Below, piece by piece: positions 1-9,526 of a stretch of DNA of 64,000 nt (positions are counted from its first letter, which is position 1; each line of letters opens with the position of its first letter). Made by a program: the position numbers and the translations under genes. The stretch comes from an uncultured Chloroflexia bacterium (GTDB lineage Bacteria; Chloroflexota; Anaerolineae; CG2-30-64-16): the NCBI GenBank assembly GCA_963810095.1, contig CAWEMM010000009.1, positions 650,605 through 714,604 on the forward strand, read 5' to 3'. The notes under the pieces are model-generated. The model was not told the origin of the DNA, did not search any database, and worked only from the letters and a program-made list of their open reading frames with translations.

Positions 1-313
1 TCATGCTCGAAGGCACCGGGACGGCAGGCGGGCTCGCCGCGGTCCTGAAGGTAACCGTCGCGTCCGCTGCCAGGCTGCCGGCCGGCACGGTGGCTTCGGC
101 GCCGTCGCGTAGCGAGATCGTACCGCCTTTGCCCTTGTCCACCTGGACAACGGCCTCGTCGGGCTCGAGCTGCTCCGCGCCAAACGGCGGCACCACGACT
201 GAGACGGGCGTTGGCGTCGCGGTTCGTGCGGCGCCCCGGCACCCCGACAACATCATCAAAGCCGTCGCGGCCAGCGCGACAAGCTTTAGCAGGTTCAGTT
301 TGTGTCCAATCAT
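1..313 (-). CDS. Lipoprotein with probable ZU5-like domain (partial, runs off window edge)
   Basis: Not in ORF track; manual translation from ATG at 313: MIGHKLNLLKLVALAATALMMLSGC (lipobox LSGC)...GKGGTISLRDGAEATVPAGSL. ATGA overlap with upstream gene. Confidence 0.7.
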   Translation of the reverse strand, partial: MIGHKLNLLKLVALAATALMMLSGCRGAARTATPTPVSVVVPPFGAEQLEPDEAVVQVDKGKGGTISLRDGAEATVPAGSLAADATVTFRTAASPPAVPVPSSM

Positions 314-696
314 GCTCGACCCAAAAGAATGCCAATCGTAAGGATTGCTGCGACGGCGCCTGCCGCGGCAGCGTCGGACCAGCGCCTGTGGACCAGGCTG
401 TCCACGAGAATGTATAGCACGTTGACCATCGGCAACAAGGCCAGTGCCAGGAGGCCAACGCTCATTGCGCCGACCGGCGTCAGGACTGTCCGGCTGAAGA
501 GCGAATTGAGCGGAACGACGCTTTGCCCCAGCAGCGACCCGCCGGCGTTGCCGCGTACCACGAAAGCCACGAGCCCGGTTAGCATCAGCGCGGCCGCGGG
601 GATGGCCACAACCCGGGCGATCCGCTGCACGTTCCGCGCGATACGCTGGTTGTGATCTTCGGTCCCTGTCCGGGCTGCGATCACGTCGTCGAGCAC
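310..696 (-). CDS. DUF1634-like membrane protein
   Basis: 128 aa, about 3 TM segments; directly after a TauE/SafE gene, the usual pairing. Confidence 0.65.
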   Translation of the reverse strand: MLDDVIAARTGTEDHNQRIARNVQRIARVVAIPAAALMLTGLVAFVVRGNAGGSLLGQSVVPLNSLFSRTVLTPVGAMSVGLLALALLPMVNVLYILVDSLVHRRWSDAAAAGAVAAILTIGILLGRA

Positions 697-698
697 TA

Positions 699-1493
699 TC
701 AGCCTCCGGTGATGCCCTTCCAGGTCATCTGTACCGCGATCAGGATGAGCAGCACGATCAAGGCCCGGCGGAGCACGTCGACCCGGAGCCGGCCGGCCGT
801 CTGGGCGCCAAGCATCGCGCCCACAAACACGCCCAGGGCGGTGGGCACGGCGACGAGCGGATCGATGTCGCCCCTACTGTAATACAACGTTGCACTGGCT
901 GCTGCAGTAATGCCTACCATGAAGTTGCTCGTCGCCGTCGCAACGCCCAGCGGAACGTCCATCACCGAGTACATGACCGGGACCTTGATGAAGCCCCCGC
1001 CGATCCCGCTCAAGCCGGACAGCGCCCCGGCCAGCGCGGAGAAACTCAGCCCGACCCCCCAACGCTTCGGCTTGTAGTCGGTCCTGAACAGCGCTTCGAT
1101 CTGGGGCTCGTCAGCCGGCCCCGCCTTGCGCCGGGTCTTGATCAGCGTGTAGATAGCGCTGGCCAGGACAACCGCTGCAAATACAAAAGCCAGCGCCTGC
1201 TGCGGCATCCTGCCTGCGGCGAATCCCCCGAGCAGGGCGCCGGTCGTTGTGGCGATTTCGAGCCGGATGGCAAGGCCCGCGTCCGCGCCGCGCCCCGGCC
1301 GCGAAACGCTTGCCACGCCGGCGGAAGTCGCAATCACCCCGATCAGGCTGACGCCGACCGCCGTCCGCACCGGCAGGTCAAAAATGAGGGTGAGCGCCGG
1401 AACGAGGAAGATGCCCCCACCCAGCCCTAGCAACGCGCCGAGCACGCCGGCTGCTAAGCCGACGCCAAACAGGCCCAACCACACCAACTCCAT
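699..1493 (-). CDS. Sulfite exporter TauE/SafE family protein
   Basis: GALLGLGGGIFLVP and SGLSGIGGGFIKVP repeats, ATATSNFM, about 8 TM. Confidence 0.9.
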   Translation of the reverse strand: MELVWLGLFGVGLAAGVLGALLGLGGGIFLVPALTLIFDLPVRTAVGVSLIGVIATSAGVASVSRPGRGADAGLAIRLEIATTTGALLGGFAAGRMPQQALAFVFAAVVLASAIYTLIKTRRKAGPADEPQIEALFRTDYKPKRWGVGLSFSALAGALSGLSGIGGGFIKVPVMYSVMDVPLGVATATSNFMVGITAAASATLYYSRGDIDPLVAVPTALGVFVGAMLGAQTAGRLRVDVLRRALIVLLILIAVQMTWKGITGG

Positions 1494-1500
1494 TGTTGCA

Positions 1501-2571
1501 TCATCCCAGACTCAAGAAACGACGCCACTCCGATACTTCCAGTTTCAATCCTTCGTATCGCGCCTGCAGTGCCTCATAGAGCCGGGCATTCTCGATCGCA
1601 ACGGCAACCAGGCCGGCGACAGACTGCAGGAACTTCACCCCGACCTGCGTAAAGCGACGAGGCTGGCTGGAATAGACCCGCATGACCCCGACCGGCTGGT
1701 CCTTCACCCGCAACGGCACGACGAGCACCGACCGGATGCCCTCCGCCGCAGCCTCGCCTGGGTACTGGAACCCCTCCTCGCCCGCCACATCGTAGAGGGT
1801 GACCGTCTCGCCACCAAGCGCGCGCTGGTCGATGCGGCTGCGTTCCAGGCTGACCGCGCCCTTCGCCAGGTACTCGGCGCTCAAGCCGTGCGACGCCACC
1901 ATCTCGAGCTTTTGGCGCTTCTTGTCCAGCAGGCGGACCGAGGCGGCCTTCAGGTTCATTTCCATCACGGCTGACTCGAGCACCTGTTTGAGCAAGGGCT
2001 GCAGTTCCAACGTCGACGTGAGGGCCGCTGCGATCCGGAATAGCGCCGAATGGAGCTGGGCGTTTTCAATGGCAAGGGCGGCCAGGTCTGCGGCCGCGTG
2101 GAGCACGGTAATTGCGGTATCCGAAAACCCGCAGTCCGCAGTGCAGTAGACATCCAGGGAGCCGAACACTCGCTCACGCACTGCCAGCGGGATGGCCATG
2201 AACCCCCCCAGCTGCTCCATGTGCAGCTGCTCGTCGCTCAACTGGTGGCCCGCCCGGGCAGGCTCGCCCGCGCCTGCCGCAGCCAGGTTCTCGACGTGGA
2301 CGCTCTGCCCACGGAGCACCTGCTCATGCACGCTGCCCTGAACAATCGCCGTGCGGACGTTCTTGAGGAATTCCTCGCTGACGCCGACGCTCGCGGCAAC
2401 CTGCAGCTGGTCCGCGTCCGCGTTGAGCAGCCGGATGACCACCGCGCGTACGTCGAGCGACTGCTGGATCGCACCCAAGACGGCCTGCAGCGTGGTCTCG
2501 AGCTCCAGGCTGCTGTTGACGGCATGTGCAATGCCGTATACGAGTTGCATCAGGCCCAAGTCTTCGGCCAT
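1501..2571 (-). CDS. Tandem GAF-domain protein with no output domain
   Basis: Two GAF repeats ending LAALAIENAQLH and LVAVAIENARLY; short coiled C-terminus. Confidence 0.85.
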   Translation of the reverse strand: MAEDLGLMQLVYGIAHAVNSSLELETTLQAVLGAIQQSLDVRAVVIRLLNADADQLQVAASVGVSEEFLKNVRTAIVQGSVHEQVLRGQSVHVENLAAAGAGEPARAGHQLSDEQLHMEQLGGFMAIPLAVRERVFGSLDVYCTADCGFSDTAITVLHAAADLAALAIENAQLHSALFRIAAALTSTLELQPLLKQVLESAVMEMNLKAASVRLLDKKRQKLEMVASHGLSAEYLAKGAVSLERSRIDQRALGGETVTLYDVAGEEGFQYPGEAAAEGIRSVLVVPLRVKDQPVGVMRVYSSQPRRFTQVGVKFLQSVAGLVAVAIENARLYEALQARYEGLKLEVSEWRRFLSLG

Positions 2572-2834
2572 GCTTCGCTCCTCCGCAAAGTCTAGCGCCG
2601 CACAGAACTGTTGTCAATTATCACTCCAAATCCCCACTTTTCATAATCATAATCCAACGGCTGGTGTACAGGCTTTGTACAAGTTGCGCTAAGGTTAGGA
2701 AGAAAGGCCACTGTCGCCGCACCCCGCCTCTGCTATATTTTAGACATCAGATCATGCGAAAAAGTGCGGGGAGCCCGGCAACCTGTGGGGTGACTCCGGC
2801 GTTAAGTAGAGTAGGATCGACAAGGAGGCCGAGA

Positions 2835-3965
2835 ATGGGTTGGTCTTGGCGGATTGCCAGGGTGCGTGGGATCGACGTGAAGATCCATGCCACCTTCATA
2901 TTCGCGCTCATCTGGGGCGCGGTCATCTGGGGCGGCGGCAGCCCATCCGGTTGGGCGTACGGGGTCTTTCTGACCCTCGTCCTCTTTGCGATCGTGTTGG
3001 CACACGAGTTCGGGCATGCCATCGCCGCGCAGCGTTACGGCATCCAGGTGCAGGACATCGTGCTGCTGCCAATCGGTGGGGTGGCGCGGCTCAATCGCAT
3101 GCCCGACAAGCCCTCGCAGGAGCTCGCCGTGGCGCTGGCGGGTCCGGCGGTCAACCTGGTGATGGCGGTTGCGCTGGCCCCGTTCCTGTTGCTCGGATTG
3201 TGGGCGCAGGCGCGTGCCGGCCTGGGCATCGGTTTGCCCCCGATTGCGGAGCCCGGTCTTCTGAACCTGGCCGCCTTCCTGATCATTATCAACGTCTCGC
3301 TGCTCGTCTTCAATATGATCCCCGCCTTCCCAATGGACGGCGGCCGGGTGCTGCGCGCACTGCTTGCCTTGAAACTGCCGTACAGCCGTGCGACCGCAAT
3401 CGCGGCAAACGTCGGCCGGCTGTTCGCCATCGCCTTCGGTGTGTTCGGCATCCTGACCGGGAACATCGGCCTCGCGCTGGTGGCGGTCTTTGTCTTCTTC
3501 GGGGCCGGGGCCGAGCTGAGCGAAGTCTCGCAACGCGAAAGCCTGCAAGGCTTGACCGTCGGCGAAGTGGTCGACAACCAGGCGCCGGTGTTCTCCGCCA
3601 GCCTCCCGGCTTTCACAGCTTTCGAGCGACTGGTGCGTTCGCCGTACTCGGCGGTGGCCGTGGTCGACGACGCGGGGCACTTCACTGGTGTGGTCACCCG
3701 GCACGGGATGCAAGCCCGCTGGGCTGCCGGGCTGCGCGGCACGGTGGAGTCCTTCGTCGAGATGGCGCGACCCGTACAGGTCGAGTGCGATGCGCCCCTG
3801 GTCGCCGCTCGGGAACGTATGGCGGAGGCACGGACCCCGGTCGCAGCCGTCTACTGCGGCAGCTCGTTCGAAGGTCTGCTCGACTTCGAGACGATCAGCC
3901 GGATCATCGCCCTGCGCCAGACGGGCTGGCGCGGCAGCCGGGGACCCGTGACTTCGCAAGGGTAA
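2835..3965 (+). CDS. Site-2 protease (peptidase M50) with CBS domains
   Basis: HEFGH and NMIPAFPMDGGR motifs; C-terminal CBS pair; AGGAGG RBS before ATG 2835. Confidence 0.92.
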   Translation: MGWSWRIARVRGIDVKIHATFIFALIWGAVIWGGGSPSGWAYGVFLTLVLFAIVLAHEFGHAIAAQRYGIQVQDIVLLPIGGVARLNRMPDKPSQELAVALAGPAVNLVMAVALAPFLLLGLWAQARAGLGIGLPPIAEPGLLNLAAFLIIINVSLLVFNMIPAFPMDGGRVLRALLALKLPYSRATAIAANVGRLFAIAFGVFGILTGNIGLALVAVFVFFGAGAELSEVSQRESLQGLTVGEVVDNQAPVFSASLPAFTAFERLVRSPYSAVAVVDDAGHFTGVVTRHGMQARWAAGLRGTVESFVEMARPVQVECDAPLVAARERMAEARTPVAAVYCGSSFEGLLDFETISRIIALRQTGWRGSRGPVTSQG

Positions 3966-4036
3966 ACAATGAGCGCCGGGGACCGTTTGCCGGTGCCCTT
4001 TCTTCAGACATAGTGCGCCCAACAAAACCCGGTGGC

Positions 4037-4072
4037 GTAAGGGCGAGGCATCCAGGGATGCCTCGCCCTTAC
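4037..4072. repeat. REP-like palindrome (GTA(A)G type) between convergent genes
   Basis: GTAAGGGCGAGGCATCC-AG-GGATGCCTCGCCCTTAC, perfect inverted repeat. Confidence 0.7.
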
Positions 4073-4086
4073 CGTGTGGTCTGCCC

Positions 4087-4875
4087 TTATGGCAGGGTCA
4101 CAAACCCTGACAGAAACTCCCGTGCGGAGCCCGTATCCATGCGATACGCCTTATCGGTCGCCCGGCACCAATAGTCGCCGGTGACGGTGATGGCGGCCAC
4201 GACATTCGTGTTGCCAATGAAGTGTGGACCGCCGGAGTCGCCATAGCATGTGCCGCCGCTCCCCGTCGACGGATTCATCGACAAGTTCAGCCAGTAAGGC
4301 TCGAGCGCCAGGAACGACTGCTCGGTGTAATAGCGGTCGTAGCTGTCCCAGATGATGGCGTGCGGCCCGCTCGTCTTGTCGTCCCGCCGCACGCCGTATC
4401 CGACCGCGACGAAACGGGTGTCCTTCAGCGTTTTATCTGCCTTCATCTGGTCGAGCTGGCCCGCCGTCGGGAGGGCTGCGGGTGTGATGCCTGTCGGGGC
4501 CTGGTCGAGCACGACGACTGCCACGTCGTGCGTGTCTGATGCAGGGCCGGGGTACGCGGGATTGAGGTAGCCCGTGCCGCTGTAGACCGTAGGATGGTCG
4601 CTCCAGACGGAATCAAAGGTGACGGCCACATCCTCAGGAGTCAGGTTAACCTCGGCCAGCCAGTCCATGCAGTGGCTGGCCGTGAGGAACACTTTCGGGG
4701 CGATCAGCGTGCCGGAACACACTTCGGCCCAGCCGCCGTTAATGGGTATCAGCAGCGCGCCCACGTTGGGGTGCAAGTTGCCGTCGGGTTGGCCGAACGT
4801 GATGGCGCCTGCGGGCAGCGCCGCCACCAGCATGACCGCCAGGGCGATCAGCAGAATGTAAGAACGTCGCTTCAT
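4087..4875 (-). CDS. Secreted trypsin-like serine protease (S1)
   Basis: Signal peptide MKRRSYILLIAL...; CSGTLI, TASHC, HDVAVV, GDSGGP catalytic motifs. Confidence 0.92.
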   Translation of the reverse strand: MKRRSYILLIALAVMLVAALPAGAITFGQPDGNLHPNVGALLIPINGGWAEVCSGTLIAPKVFLTASHCMDWLAEVNLTPEDVAVTFDSVWSDHPTVYSGTGYLNPAYPGPASDTHDVAVVVLDQAPTGITPAALPTAGQLDQMKADKTLKDTRFVAVGYGVRRDDKTSGPHAIIWDSYDRYYTEQSFLALEPYWLNLSMNPSTGSGGTCYGDSGGPHFIGNTNVVAAITVTGDYWCRATDKAYRMDTGSAREFLSGFVTLP

Positions 4876-5067
4876 CGTACACCTCGGTGTTCGGGAATTA
4901 GGGCTGAAGAATGGCCCGGGGGCATGATAGGCCGTGGTAAGAAGTTTTGTCAAGCGTCCAGAAATTCCCAAGCCCCGAGTTGTCGGTCGACGCTAAGCAT
5001 GACTTGTCGGCCCGTCGCGCCGTGTGCTACACTTGCGCCGGCCTTCCGCACGATTCGAAAGGATGCC

Positions 5068-6288
5068 ATGTCACCCGTACTGCAGCTTCTGCTCCAACTC
5101 AGCATCCTGATTGCCGTCGCCAAGCTGGCCGGCTTGCTCAGCACAAAGCTCGGCCAGCCTGCGGTGCTGGGCGAGATCCTCGCCGGGCTGCTCCTCGGTC
5201 CGTCATTCATCAATCTGCAAGCGCTCCCCGTATTCACCTCGTCCCACCTCCCCGAGACAATCACCGAACTGGCCGAAATCGGCGTCATCCTGCTGATGTT
5301 TCTGGCCGGGCTGGAAGTAGACCTCGCGCAGATGCGCCGGTCGGGCGGGGTTGTGGTCCTTGCCGGGCTCCTGGGGGTCGCCGTGCCGTGGCTCATGGGC
5401 GTGGGTGTTGCCCTCCCATTCGGCTACCCCACGATCGAGGCGCTGGGTATTGGCCTGCTGCTGACCGCGACCAGTGTCAGCATCTCCGCGCAGACGCTGC
5501 TGGAGCTCGGCGTGCTGCGCAGCCGGGTGGGGATTGCCTTGCTCGGCGCGGCCGTGGTGGATGATGTCGTCGTCATCTTGCTGGTATCGATATTTCTGGC
5601 CTTGGCGGGCGGCGCGGCCGGCGGCATCGAAGACGTCGGTCTGCTCCTGCTTCGCGTCGTCCTCTTCCTCGCGGTTTTCGGCATCCTGGGCTGGTTCCTC
5701 GTGCCGCGCCTGCTCGATCTCGCGGACCGCCTGCCCATCAGCCAGGGGCTCGTCGCGACGGCCGTGGTCCTGGCGCTCTTCTTTGCCTGGTCGGCCGAAG
5801 TGATCGGTGGGGTCGCGATGATCACCGGCAGCTTCCTCGCCGGCGTGTTTGCCGGGCGTTCGCACACGCATCACCGGATCCTCGAAGGCGTGAGCGTTCT
5901 GACGTATGGGTTCTTCGTGCCCATCTTCTTCGTCAATATCGGCCTGCACGCCAACATCTTCGAGCTTTCGGGCGGCTTGATCTGGTTCACCGTCGTGTTA
6001 ACCCTCGTTGCCATCATTTCCAAGGTGTTGGGCAGCGGTCTGGGTGCCCGGTTGGGCGGGTTTAATAACGGCGAATCGCTCCGGATGGGCGTGGGAATGA
6101 TCTCGCGCGGCGAGGTCGGCCTCATCGTCGCCCAACTGCTGGTGGCCCAGCAGGTCGTGCCGCAGGAAACGCTCACGGTCGCCGTCGTTATGGTCCTGGT
6201 CACCACGCTCGTCACACCGCCGCTGTTGCGGGCCGCATTCGCAGGTCGAAACGGGTCAGCGCCCGCCGATGCCGGCGCTACTTCTTGA
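5068..6288 (+). CDS. Cation:proton antiporter (CPA2/Kef family)
   Basis: GQPAVLGEILAG, ATSVSI, AAVVDD, SRGEVGLIVA motifs; about 13 TM. Confidence 0.92.
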   Translation: MSPVLQLLLQLSILIAVAKLAGLLSTKLGQPAVLGEILAGLLLGPSFINLQALPVFTSSHLPETITELAEIGVILLMFLAGLEVDLAQMRRSGGVVVLAGLLGVAVPWLMGVGVALPFGYPTIEALGIGLLLTATSVSISAQTLLELGVLRSRVGIALLGAAVVDDVVVILLVSIFLALAGGAAGGIEDVGLLLLRVVLFLAVFGILGWFLVPRLLDLADRLPISQGLVATAVVLALFFAWSAEVIGGVAMITGSFLAGVFAGRSHTHHRILEGVSVLTYGFFVPIFFVNIGLHANIFELSGGLIWFTVVLTLVAIISKVLGSGLGARLGGFNNGESLRMGVGMISRGEVGLIVAQLLVAQQVVPQETLTVAVVMVLVTTLVTPPLLRAAFAGRNGSAPADAGATS

Positions 6289-6299
6289 GGAGGCACGCC

Positions 6300-6662
6300 A
6301 TGCCCACGATGGTCATTTTGATCCTGGAGAACGTCGACCGCCTGGAAGACGTGCTGACCGCCTGGTGGGAGGCCGGCGCGCCCGGTATTACTATCCTCGA
6401 GAGCAGCGGCGCGGCGCGTTACCTGGCAAAGCAGGGCGTGCGTGACGACCTGCCCATTTTTCCGAGCCTGAGCACCCTGCTGGGACACCAGGAAATCCAT
6501 CATCGCACGCTGTTCGCCGTGGTCCCCGACGGCTTCGCAATCGACAAGCTGTTCGACCTGACCGAAGCCGTGCTGGGCCCGCTGGAGCAGCCGCACACCG
6601 GCATCATGTTCGCCGTGCCGGTCCTCCAGGCCCGCGGGCTCATCCGGCGCAAGGCTGCCTGA
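6300..6662 (+). CDS. P-II-like small regulatory protein
   Basis: GITILESSG and C-terminal TGIMFAVPV..ARG typical of the GlnB-like fold; GAGGAGG RBS. Confidence 0.7.
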   Translation: MPTMVILILENVDRLEDVLTAWWEAGAPGITILESSGAARYLAKQGVRDDLPIFPSLSTLLGHQEIHHRTLFAVVPDGFAIDKLFDLTEAVLGPLEQPHTGIMFAVPVLQARGLIRRKAA

Positions 6663-7525
6663 TGCCCCGGTTGGCGCTGCTGTCCGACGTCCATGCCAAC
6701 TTGCCCGCGCTGGAAGCCGTGGTGCGCGACATTGACGACCAGGCTCCCGACGCCGTGTATGTGCTCGGCGACCTGGTCAACGGCTGCGCCTGGCCGGGCG
6801 AGACACTGGACCTCCTGGCCGGTCGCGGCTGGCCGATGCTGACCGGCAACCACGACGATGCCGTGGTCCAGCTCGACACGTCGCGGATGGAGCCGCGCTA
6901 TGCCGACCGGGAGTACTACGCCACCCTCTGGTGGACGCGCGCACGCCTCGCCGCCCGGCACCTTGCGCTGCTCCGGGGGCTGCCGCAAGCACTGAGCCTT
7001 GCGCCCGATCTCGGGCCGCCGGTGCGCCTGGTGCACGGGGTGCCCGGCAACTTCTTCGCGGGTTTCCGGCCCGATTCGCCGCAGGATTGGGTGCTGCAAC
7101 ACTTGGAAGGCATCGCAGAAACGACGGTCGCCGGCGGCCACACGCACCATCCCATGGTTCGGCACGTCGGGCCGTGGCAGCTTGTCAATTGCGGTTCCGC
7201 CGGCGCGCCCTACGACGGCGATCCCCGGGTGAGCTACGTGCTGATGGACGCGACCCTGCACGGCTGGGACGTCACCCTTCGCCGCCTCGACTACGATCGA
7301 GGCCCCGTGGAACGTGGCTATCACGCGACGGGGCTTGACGTCGACGGCGGCGTACTCGGCCAGATGGTTCACCGGACAGTCATGACGGGGCAGCCGTGGG
7401 TGTCCGACTTCAACTGGTGGGTGCGCCAGCAGCCGCCCGCGGTGCAGGCGGACCCGCAGGCGGCCTTGACCTTCTACGACGCGCACTTCGGGCCGGGGCG
7501 CTGGGCGTTCCCGCTGCCCCGATGA
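6662..7525 (+). CDS. Metallophosphoesterase family protein
   Basis: SDVHAN, LGDLVN, GNHD, VHG, GHTH motifs. Confidence 0.92.
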   Translation: MPRLALLSDVHANLPALEAVVRDIDDQAPDAVYVLGDLVNGCAWPGETLDLLAGRGWPMLTGNHDDAVVQLDTSRMEPRYADREYYATLWWTRARLAARHLALLRGLPQALSLAPDLGPPVRLVHGVPGNFFAGFRPDSPQDWVLQHLEGIAETTVAGGHTHHPMVRHVGPWQLVNCGSAGAPYDGDPRVSYVLMDATLHGWDVTLRRLDYDRGPVERGYHATGLDVDGGVLGQMVHRTVMTGQPWVSDFNWWVRQQPPAVQADPQAALTFYDAHFGPGRWAFPLPR

Positions 7526-7579
7526 GCGCCGGGTCCGTGGCCGTGCAGGGCACAACTCGTGATATGATGGGACGCAGAG

Positions 7580-7996
7580 GTGAGTCGAATGGCGTTCTTT
7601 GAGGGTTTGATCGAAACCGAAGACGGGGCGCCCGTGTCGGTGGCGACGGTGGGCCAAACTGACTACTATGTGATCGACGACGCCGGCTTCAAGCGGCACG
7701 TCGAAGCCGACGAGGTCGATCGAGTCGTGTTGGCTCAATTCCTCGGGCAGATGCAGGAGCACCGCGACGAGGCGTCGCAGGCGATGATGAAGATGATGGG
7801 CAGCGAGGACCTGTTCACGAAGGCCGCAGTCGACTCCACGCTCAAGAATGTGAGCGTCGACCAGATGCTCGGCCAGCGGCTGCCGTCCGAGGCTCGGCAG
7901 TGGCTTGGCATGCTCGGGCTTCGTGTCGTCATCGATTATCACGGCGAGGTTGTGCGGGTCGAAATGCCGGCCGCGCCAGAATCGGAAGATGAGTAA
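7580..7996 (+). CDS. Hypothetical protein
   Basis: 138-aa ORF with coding-like codon usage in operon orientation. Confidence 0.7.
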   Translation: MSRMAFFEGLIETEDGAPVSVATVGQTDYYVIDDAGFKRHVEADEVDRVVLAQFLGQMQEHRDEASQAMMKMMGSEDLFTKAAVDSTLKNVSVDQMLGQRLPSEARQWLGMLGLRVVIDYHGEVVRVEMPAAPESEDE

Positions 7997-8219
7997 GCCC
8001 GACGCCGGCCCGCCCAGGTTCTGGCGCAGTCGGGGTTTCCTGTCGTCGGCCGGGAAGGAGTTGGGCTGCGGGGTGCTGACGGTGCTCGCGTTCACCGCGC
8101 CGCTGTGGGCCTTCACCGTGGCGACCCGTGGCCCGCGCTACGCGTTCGGTGTGCTGGCGGCCGCGGTGCTGGTGCTGGCGTTGGTGACGCTTGCGTCGCG
8201 GGCGCTGCGCAAGCGATGA
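7989..8219 (+). CDS. Small hypothetical membrane protein
   Basis: ATG 7989 overlaps end of upstream gene; MSKPDAG... with 2 hydrophobic segments. Confidence 0.5.
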   Translation: MSKPDAGPPRFWRSRGFLSSAGKELGCGVLTVLAFTAPLWAFTVATRGPRYAFGVLAAAVLVLALVTLASRALRKR

Positions 8220-8333
8220 CGGGCCGGCAGGCTCGGGCGTCTGCCCGCTACGTGGACAGCCTCGCTACCGGGTGTGGGAAACCCAAGATCGAGGCGGCTC
8301 GCGTTCTGGTGTTGGCTGCGTCGCCTCATTTGC

Positions 8334-8361
8334 TTGACACGTTCGATTGCTGTGCTATACT
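8334..8361 (+). promoter_or_regulatory. Sigma70-type promoter for the FMN riboswitch leader
   Basis: TTGACA-16 nt-TATACT with extended -10 TG. Confidence 0.75.
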
Positions 8362-8380
8362 TCACATCGTAAACGCATAA

Positions 8381-8572
8381 CACCTTCGGGGCAGGGTGCG
8401 GGCGTCATTCTAGCCACGGCTCGAATGACGATATCCCAATTCCCGATCGGCGGTAAGGTCAACGCCTGCATGGCAGGCGCCCGAGCCCGCGAGCGGGCGT
8501 CACTACGGTGACGCCTTGGCATGATCCGGTGAGAAGCCGGGGCCGACGGTATAGTCCGGATGGAAGAGGGTG
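8381..8572 (+). ncRNA. FMN riboswitch (RFN element)
   Basis: Conserved blocks CTTCGGGGCAGGGTG...AATTCCCGATCGGCGGT...AGCCCGCGAGC...GATCCGGTGAGAAGCCGGGGCCGACGGTATAGTCCGGATGGAAGAG. Confidence 0.95.
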
Positions 8573-8631
8573 AGCGTGAAGGCGTCTTCGGGATGTATTC
8601 CCGCGGTCGCGTTCCTGCTCGCGCTGTTTCG

Positions 8632-8663
8632 GCCCCGAGGCTCATGCCACGGGGCTTTTTGTT
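8632..8663 (+). terminator. Intrinsic terminator, expression platform of the FMN riboswitch
   Basis: GCCCCG...CGGGGC stem followed by TTTTTGTT. Confidence 0.75.
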
Positions 8664-8699
8664 ATGGCGATTCAGACAACTACTCGACAGGGAGCGCGG

Positions 8700-9518
8700 A
8701 TGACGCTCGACGAATTCCGGCGGCTGCCTTCGCGGGCGCGCAGCGCCGCGGCGAGCAAACGCCTGGCACGGATCGACCTTCTGCTGATACCGGTCGCCCT
8801 GGCCATTTTCCTGGGGGGCTGGCAGCTGCTCGTCACCTGGCGCCAGTATCCGGCCTTCATCCTGCCGCGGCCGGCCCTCGTCTGGAGCCGGTTCCTCACC
8901 TTGATGGCCGACGGTACGCTCGCCATGCACACGGCCACGACCGTGCTCGAGATTTTTGGCGGTCTGGTGCTGGGCGTGAGCGCGGCGTTCGTGATCGGGT
9001 ACTTCCTCGCGAAGTCGCCCGCCCTCGAGCGGATCCTCTCGCCCTACGTCGTTGCATCGCAGGCCGTGCCGATCGTGGCGATCGCGCCGCTGCTGATCAT
9101 CTGGTTCGGGTTCGGCTGGTCGTCCAAGGTCATCGTGTGTGCACTGACCGTCTTCTTCCCCGCGCTCGTGAACACCATCGTCGGCATCCGCTCGGTCGAG
9201 CCGGACTTACGGGCCCTGATGCGTTCGCTGCAGGCCAGCCGCTGGCAGACCTTCGCAAAACTGGAATTTCCCGCCGCGCTGCCGATTCTGTTCGCCGGGC
9301 TGAAGGTTGCGGTCACCCTTGCCGTGATTGGGGCCGTGGTGGGTGAGTTCGTCGGCGCGGACCGCGGGCTCGGCTTCCTGGTCAACCTGGCGCGCGGCAC
9401 GCTCGATACGCCGATGTTGTTTGTCGCGCTATTCACCCTGGTCATCATCGCACTGCTGCTTTACTTTGCCGTCGCCGCGCTCGAGTACTTTGTGCTGGCG
9501 TGGAAGCGGGCGGTCTAG
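8700..9518 (+). CDS. ribX: ABC transporter permease, probable riboflavin transporter RibX
   Basis: SsuC/TauC-type permease downstream of FMN riboswitch; GGAG RBS before ATG 8700 (alternative ATG 8664). Confidence 0.8.
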   Translation: MTLDEFRRLPSRARSAAASKRLARIDLLLIPVALAIFLGGWQLLVTWRQYPAFILPRPALVWSRFLTLMADGTLAMHTATTVLEIFGGLVLGVSAAFVIGYFLAKSPALERILSPYVVASQAVPIVAIAPLLIIWFGFGWSSKVIVCALTVFFPALVNTIVGIRSVEPDLRALMRSLQASRWQTFAKLEFPAALPILFAGLKVAVTLAVIGAVVGEFVGADRGLGFLVNLARGTLDTPMLFVALFTLVIIALLLYFAVAALEYFVLAWKRAV

Positions 9519-9526
9519 GAGTGATC

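Noticed and set aside
2526-2834. Long upstream starts for the M50 protease (similarly 4594 for the antiporter, 53968 for rsgA, 21320 for the wHTH gene)
   Set aside because: Downstream starts with RBS and family-typical N-termini fit better
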